64,000 nucleotides of DNA, taken from an uncultured bacterium. Lineage in GTDB: Bacteria > Planctomycetota > UBA1135 > GCA-002686595. The stretch lies in the NCBI GenBank assembly GCA_943787795.1, contig CALSNU010000005.1, positions 160,001-224,000 of the forward strand, given 5' to 3'. Each line of letters begins with the position of its first letter. Position 1 is the first letter of the stretch. Below the pieces are notes generated by a model, which saw only the letters and a program-made list of their open reading frames with translations, was not told where the DNA came from and did not search any database. The translations under genes and the position numbers were made by a program. Below, piece after piece: positions 58,924 to 64,000 of the stretch.

Positions 58924-59608
58924 TCATCCCGGTGACGGTGGGAGATTCCCTGCGGTCAAGCCGCGGGGCCGTGTCCTGTGGCCTCTGTCGGGAACCCGCG
59001 CTCGCCTCTCGGAGCAGGCTCCGGGCGGCAAGCATGAGGCAGGGCACGACCACAGCGTATTCGATGGAGAGCGCCAGGTATCCCATCCAGCCGCCGGGAA
59101 CTGACGTGGCGCCGATCCTCGTGCCGGACCAGAAGGAGAAGGGGCCTCCAATAGCGCTGAGCAGGATCGCCAGGAGGTGCCGCCGGTTCAGCCAGGAGAG
59201 GGAGGAGTTGAGCAGGGAGCCGAACGCAACCCAGAGCGTGACGATCCAGGCGGGGGCCAGGAGCAGCCCACCAGCTGCCCCGCCGTCAGGAGCTCCGCCC
59301 GCGGCAGGTACCGGGAAGGCGATCCACCCTGAGGTTCGCAGGGCGGTGTCGAGGGCCAGTCCCAGCAGCCCGGCGAGGGCCCAGAGGCGCAGCTCGGCGC
59401 CCCGGTACGGTGTGAAACGGAGGTTGATCGGGAGCAAGAACGCGGCCGCCACCGGTCCGACCCACGGGACCCCTTCCGCAGCGCCGTAGACGCAGATGAA
59501 CCACACCACCTGGAAGACCGCGAAGTTGACGAGCTTCCCCGCCGTGCTCGGCGCCCAGGCTGAGGCAGCAGGCGCGGACGGGCCAGGGGGTGTGTCGTGA
59601 TCGGTCAA
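58901..59608 (-). CDS. DUF2878 family membrane protein
   Basis: NFAVFQVVWFICV, PAWIVTLWVAF and GGPFSF motifs, plus gene context. TTG 59608 overlaps the upstream stop. Confidence 0.78.
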   Translation of the reverse strand: MTDHDTPPGPSAPAASAWAPSTAGKLVNFAVFQVVWFICVYGAAEGVPWVGPVAAAFLLPINLRFTPYRGAELRLWALAGLLGLALDTALRTSGWIAFPVPAAGGAPDGGAAGGLLLAPAWIVTLWVAFGSLLNSSLSWLNRRHLLAILLSAIGGPFSFWSGTRIGATSVPGGWMGYLALSIEYAVVVPCLMLAARSLLREASAGSRQRPQDTAPRLDRRESPTVTGMNDHDSSR

Positions 59609-60990
59609 CCGAGCGGAGCGAGCGTCGCCGCCACGGGGGGAGAGAAGGAGCGGCCTGCTCTGGCGTAGACGAGGTGAGCCACCGAGATATGGCGTTCGGC
59701 AAACCCGCCTTCGCAGTAGCAAAAGTAGAAGTCGAAGAGCCGCAGGAAGTCCTCGTCGAACCCCATGGCGAGCGCCTCTTCCCGGCGCCCACGGAGCGCA
59801 TCGCGCCAGGTGCGGAGCGTGGGCACGTAGTGGGTCCCGATGTCCTCCATGTGCACCGGGCGGAGGTCGCTGGAGCGAGACGCGGCCTGGGAGAGCGCGG
59901 TCACCGACGGGATACAGCTGCCGGGGAAGATGTGGCGCTGGATGAAGTCCACCGCCTTGCGGGCGCGCTCGAAGTGAGCGTCGTGAATCGTGATGGCCTG
60001 CATGGCGAGCGCTCCGCCGGGCTCGAGGAGGCGCGCACAGGTCTCGAAGAAGGTCCCGTAGTGGCGGGCGCCCACGGCCTCGATCATCTCCACGGAGACG
60101 ATCTTGGAGTATTGCCCTTTGAGGTCTCGGTAGTCTTTCAGGAGCACCTCGACCTGGTCCTCGAGGCCAGCCGCGGAGATGCGCTCCACGGCGAACGCGT
60201 GCTGTTCCTTTGAGATCGTGGTGGTGGTGACCTGGCAGCCGAACTTGAGGGCGGCGCGCCGCGCGAAGCCGCCCCAGCCGGTGCCGATCTCCAGCAGGTG
60301 GTCGCTCGGTCCGAGGTTCAACCGCTCGCAGAGGCGGTCAATCTTCGCGATCTGCGCGTCCTCGAGCGAGGCGTCCGCCCGCTCGTAGTAGGCCGACGAG
60401 TAGGTCATCGTCGGGTCGAGGAACAGCTGGAAGAAGTCGTTGGAGAGGTCGTAGTGCGCGGAGATGTTCTTCCGCGACCCTGAGCGACTGTTGTCGCGGA
60501 GCCAGTGGAAGGCCTTGAGCATGGGGAGAGAGAGCCGGGCGAGGCCCTTCTCCATTCCCTCGAGCGCGGTGTGGTTCGCCACCAGGACCCGCACGACGTC
60601 CGATGGCTCGGGAGAGGTCCACCAGCCGTACGCGTAAGCCTCGCCGGCGCCGACGCTGCCCCGGAGGGCGAGGGCGCTCCAGAAGCGCTCATCGTGGACG
60701 ATGACGACCCCGTGGGCATCGGAGCCGGCTCGCCTCATGCTCCCGCCAGGGGAGACCACGACGTCGGCGGCGTCGGGCAGGGGCGGCCTCCCGAAGACCT
60801 CGGAGCTGGAGGGGGTCTCAACCGTGAGCGACCCGTCGGCGATCCGCTTCAGCCGCGAGCGAACGGCGCGTTCGAGCAGAGAGGAACGCTCCGTGGGCGT
60901 GGGCCTGTTGGGGCCAGGCGCGGCCCCAGGGGGCTGCGTCTTCTGGTGCTCCGGGACGGGAGGCATCGTCTTCGAGTCAGTGAGGGTCAT
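59605..60990 (-). CDS. cfa: Cyclopropane-fatty-acyl-phospholipid synthase family SAM methyltransferase (UfaM-like)
   Basis: NISAHYDLSNDFF, MTYSSA, LEIGTGWG, SVEMIEAVG and IFPG motifs. Confidence 0.9.
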   Translation of the reverse strand: MTLTDSKTMPPVPEHQKTQPPGAAPGPNRPTPTERSSLLERAVRSRLKRIADGSLTVETPSSSEVFGRPPLPDAADVVVSPGGSMRRAGSDAHGVVIVHDERFWSALALRGSVGAGEAYAYGWWTSPEPSDVVRVLVANHTALEGMEKGLARLSLPMLKAFHWLRDNSRSGSRKNISAHYDLSNDFFQLFLDPTMTYSSAYYERADASLEDAQIAKIDRLCERLNLGPSDHLLEIGTGWGGFARRAALKFGCQVTTTTISKEQHAFAVERISAAGLEDQVEVLLKDYRDLKGQYSKIVSVEMIEAVGARHYGTFFETCARLLEPGGALAMQAITIHDAHFERARKAVDFIQRHIFPGSCIPSVTALSQAASRSSDLRPVHMEDIGTHYVPTLRTWRDALRGRREEALAMGFDEDFLRLFDFYFCYCEGGFAERHISVAHLVYARAGRSFSPPVAATLAPLG

Positions 60991-61023
60991 GGTGCGGACG
61001 GGGCCGCGCGCGGGGCGCGGTGC

Positions 61024-61824
61024 TCAGACGCTCTTCGGGTGAGAGAAGAACGGCGTGCGCTTGGTCCAAAGCCGGAGCGCCTGCCAGTAGATGGCCAGGA
61101 GGATCTTAGCGCTCATCCAGGGGTGCCGGAGCAGGCTCTTGCGTAGCTGTGGCGGTGTGAGGGGGCGCCGCTCCAGTTCGAACGCCACATCAAACACGCG
61201 CTCGTCATCGGGGCCGGTTCGGTTCTCCATGGCCACCCTCAGCGGGGATCCTGGCTGGGCGCCAGGGGCTGTGAAGCGCCATTGATAGCGGTGATCCATG
61301 TCGAAGAAGGGTGAGACGTGGAAGTCCTTCTCGAACCTCCACTCGAACCATTCGCCGTCACGCTCGGCCTCGGATGCGAGCAGGACGTACTGATGACGCT
61401 CGTTCCACGGGGTGTTGGTGATCTCCGCGACGATCGAGTGGAGGGTCTCGCCGTCGGCCTCGAAGAGGTAGTAGAAGGAGACCGGATTGAAGCAATACCC
61501 CAGGAGGGCGATCTGGGTGAGGAGCCGGATCGGGCCCTCGGGGGGGAGCTCGCCGGTCTCCCGGCGGACCCTCTCCCTGACGGCCTCGCGCAGCGGGCGG
61601 TCCGTTGGGCCGAGGAAATCACGTCGCCGGAAGGACCCCAGGTTGGGCCGCTCCACGCTCCAAAGCCAGGCTCCACGGAAGGCGTCATCGAGCTCCTCGA
61701 GGTCGAGCAGGAGCTCGAACACGCGGTAGGAGAACCGGTGGGGTCGAGGCTGGTGCCGTGCGTGGACCACGCGGCCCTCGTAGACGGCCGATGCACGCGC
61801 CGATGAGACCGGGGGGGCGCTCAT
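61024..61824 (-). CDS. DUF1365 family protein (UfaO-like)
   Basis: GYCFNPVSFYY, EITNTPWNERH, KDFHVSPF and IYWQALRLW motifs. Confidence 0.9.
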   Translation of the reverse strand: MSAPPVSSARASAVYEGRVVHARHQPRPHRFSYRVFELLLDLEELDDAFRGAWLWSVERPNLGSFRRRDFLGPTDRPLREAVRERVRRETGELPPEGPIRLLTQIALLGYCFNPVSFYYLFEADGETLHSIVAEITNTPWNERHQYVLLASEAERDGEWFEWRFEKDFHVSPFFDMDHRYQWRFTAPGAQPGSPLRVAMENRTGPDDERVFDVAFELERRPLTPPQLRKSLLRHPWMSAKILLAIYWQALRLWTKRTPFFSHPKSV

Positions 61825-63173
61825 CGGAAGGCGCCGGCGGTCTCCGGCGGACGGGCCGCCGAGGTCTCCTGGAGCCCGGGTCGGAGCTCCTCGGGTCTGG
61901 CCGGGAAGCCGGGCTCCACGCCGATCGCCTCGAGGACGCGTCGCGCGCTCTGGACGCCGTCCTCATGGAAGCCGTAGTGCCAGTAGGCGCCGCAATAGTG
62001 AACGCCGCGGACCCCGTCGATCTCCGCGTGCCGCCCCTGCGCCCTGACCGAGGCGGCGTCGTAGACGGGGTGGGAGAAGACGGTCTCCCGCACCACCTTG
62101 GACGGGTCGATACGGTCCTTGCAGTTGAGCGTCACGAACAGATCGTCGGGCCCTTCGATCGACTGGAGCTCGTTCATCCAGTAGGTGACCCGGACAAGCT
62201 CCCCCTCCGTTGGTGCGTTCGCCGGGACGTGCGCGTTCCAGGCGGCCCAGGCCGCCTTGCGCTTGGGCATGAGCGAGGCATCCGTGTGGAGGATGACCGA
62301 GTTCGGCTGGAAGCGAATCGCTCCCAGCACGTCCTTCTCGACGTTCGTCGGCTCCTCGAGCATGCCGAGGGCCTGGTCTGCGTGACAGGCGAGCACCACG
62401 CGGTCGAAGCGCTCTGGCGCCTTGCCGGCCACGGTCACCTCCACATCGCCGACGCCGCGTGCGCTGACACGCTCGACCGGGGAAGAGGTGCGGACTCGAT
62501 CCCCGAGGGGCTGGAGGAGCTTGTGCGCGTAGGCGCGGCTGCCGCCGCGCACCGTGAGCCAGGGCGGACGGTCGTCGACCTGCAGGAACCCGTGGTTGGC
62601 GAAGAATCGGACGAGCGTCCGCGCGGGGAATTCGAGGATCTCACCGGGCTTGCCGGACCAGACCGCGCACGCCATCGGGATCATGTGCCACTCGATAAAG
62701 GCCTTCGAGTAGCCGCCACGGCGCAGGAACTCGCCGAGGCTCGGACCAGGCTCACCCGCGGGCAGCTTGAGGAGCTCGGGGGCCTCCCTGTAGAAGCGCA
62801 AGATCCCGCGAATCATGCTCCAGAAGCGCGGCCTGAAGAGGTTGGTCCACTGGGCGAACAGGCTCGCCGTGCTGGTGCCGTTGTACTCGACGCCAGGCCC
62901 CTCCATCCGCGCGCTGAAGCTCATGTCGCTGGTGAGCCAGGGGACGTCGAGCTCGCGCAACAGCGAGCAGAACCCGGGGTAGGTTCGCTCGTTGAACACG
63001 ATGAACCCAGTGTCCACCACGTAGTCGCGACCGTTCACTCGCACCTCGCGCGTGGCCGTGTGCCCGCCGATCCGGTCCCGCGATTCCAGGACGCAGACGT
63101 CGTGCCCTGCGTCATGGAGACGCCGGGCCGTCACCATGCCGGCGACCCCGCTACCTACGACGGCGACCTTCAA
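61821..63173 (-). CDS. FAD-dependent oxidoreductase (UfaD-like)
   Basis: GSGVAG, VDTGFIVFNERTYP, SDMSFS and YGFHEDG motifs. Confidence 0.9.
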   Translation of the reverse strand: MKVAVVGSGVAGMVTARRLHDAGHDVCVLESRDRIGGHTATREVRVNGRDYVVDTGFIVFNERTYPGFCSLLRELDVPWLTSDMSFSARMEGPGVEYNGTSTASLFAQWTNLFRPRFWSMIRGILRFYREAPELLKLPAGEPGPSLGEFLRRGGYSKAFIEWHMIPMACAVWSGKPGEILEFPARTLVRFFANHGFLQVDDRPPWLTVRGGSRAYAHKLLQPLGDRVRTSSPVERVSARGVGDVEVTVAGKAPERFDRVVLACHADQALGMLEEPTNVEKDVLGAIRFQPNSVILHTDASLMPKRKAAWAAWNAHVPANAPTEGELVRVTYWMNELQSIEGPDDLFVTLNCKDRIDPSKVVRETVFSHPVYDAASVRAQGRHAEIDGVRGVHYCGAYWHYGFHEDGVQSARRVLEAIGVEPGFPARPEELRPGLQETSAARPPETAGAFR

Positions 63174-63233
63174 GGCTGGTGGCAGGGCAGCATCCCGGGG
63201 GACGGAGGGCGGGGCGGGCGGCGCCGGAGCGCC

Positions 63234-64000
63234 TCAGCGCTCGATTCGCCGCGCCGCGAGCGCGCGCTCGGGCACCGGACGCAGGTCCCAGACGAGGCCC
63301 ACGGAGGAGAGCGCCTTCAGGATGTAGTACGACACGTCGAACTCCCACCAGTAGAAGCCCTGTCGCGCGGACGCGGGATAGTGGTGGTGGTTGTTGTGCC
63401 AGCCTTCGCCCAGGGTGATGAGCGCGATGAGGAAGCTGTTACGGCTGGTGTCCTTGGTCGCGAAGCGGCGAGTGCCAAAAACGTGCGCCAACGAGTTCAC
63501 GGTGAACGTTCCGTGGTAGAGCGCGATGGTCGAGACCACGAAGCCCCAGACGAGCATCTGCCAGCCGTTCGTCCCGAGGCCGGGGGCCCACTTCTCGAGC
63601 GCGACGCCCAGCAGGAACACGGAGACACCCAGCAAGGTGGGGGCGACAATGTCGAAGCGGTCGAGGAAGCGCAGCTCCGGGAACTTCGAGAAGTCCTTCA
63701 CCCGCTCGAGTCGCGTCGCGAAGTTACCGCGGTCGAGCACCCAGCCGACGTGGCTCCAGAAGAAGCCGCGCTGGGTCGGCGAGTGGATGTCCTCGGGCTC
63801 GTCGGAGAACTCGTGGTGGTGGCGGTGATGGGCGGCCCACCACAGCGGGCCCCGCTGCGCAGCGCTGGCCCCGATCGCCGCGAGACAAAACTGTCCGAAG
63901 CGTGAGGTGCGGAAGGCACGGTGGCTGAAGTACCGGTGGTAGCCCGCCGTGATCGCGAACATCCGCAGCACGTAGAGCCCGACCGCGACGCCGACGGCGA
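63234..64000 (-). CDS. Acyl-CoA / acyl-lipid (delta-9-type) desaturase (5' end beyond the window)
   Basis: Histidine boxes HRYFSH, HRHHH and WHNNHH. Confidence 0.92.
   Translation of the reverse strand, partial: AVGVAVGLYVLRMFAITAGYHRYFSHRAFRTSRFGQFCLAAIGASAAQRGPLWWAAHHRHHHEFSDEPEDIHSPTQRGFFWSHVGWVLDRGNFATRLERVKDFSKFPELRFLDRFDIVAPTLLGVSVFLLGVALEKWAPGLGTNGWQMLVWGFVVSTIALYHGTFTVNSLAHVFGTRRFATKDTSRNSFLIALITLGEGWHNNHHHYPASARQGFYWWEFDVSYYILKALSSVGLVWDLRPVPERALAARRIER

Overview
A very GC-rich, gene-dense bacterial window, most likely from a Planctomycetota genome. The evidence is a DUF1501 gene next to a planctomycete cytochrome c/DUF1549/DUF1553 gene, plus sulfatases and an ASPIC/UnbV protein; finer placement is inference. 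Core genes are recJ, selA, selD, dinB and polA. Highlights: (1) three unrelated secreted proteins (C-type lectin, endonuclease I, lamin-tail-like) end in the same ~140-aa C-terminal domain, a candidate sorting or surface-anchoring module. (2) selD is a selenoprotein (in-frame UGA17 plus a SECIS-like hairpin) that the ORF track truncates. (3) A lipid cluster of unknown product: OleA, esterase, GbsR regulator with a palindromic operator, KAS II, ACP and two CrtI-like oxidoreductases. (4) A light/oxidative-stress locus: ECF sigma/RskA, a globin+B12 photocobilin-like protein and furan-fatty-acid-type genes. (5) A ~1400-aa membrane-anchored coiled coil broken by a 1-nt insertion inside a 96-bp repeat array, next to a small basic protein. 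(6) Many intergenic minisatellites; some copy stop-codon regions and one consists of DnaA-box-like 9-mers upstream of polA. I recognised no rRNA, tRNA, CRISPR array or mobile element. All family assignments come from motif recognition by eye, not from database searches.
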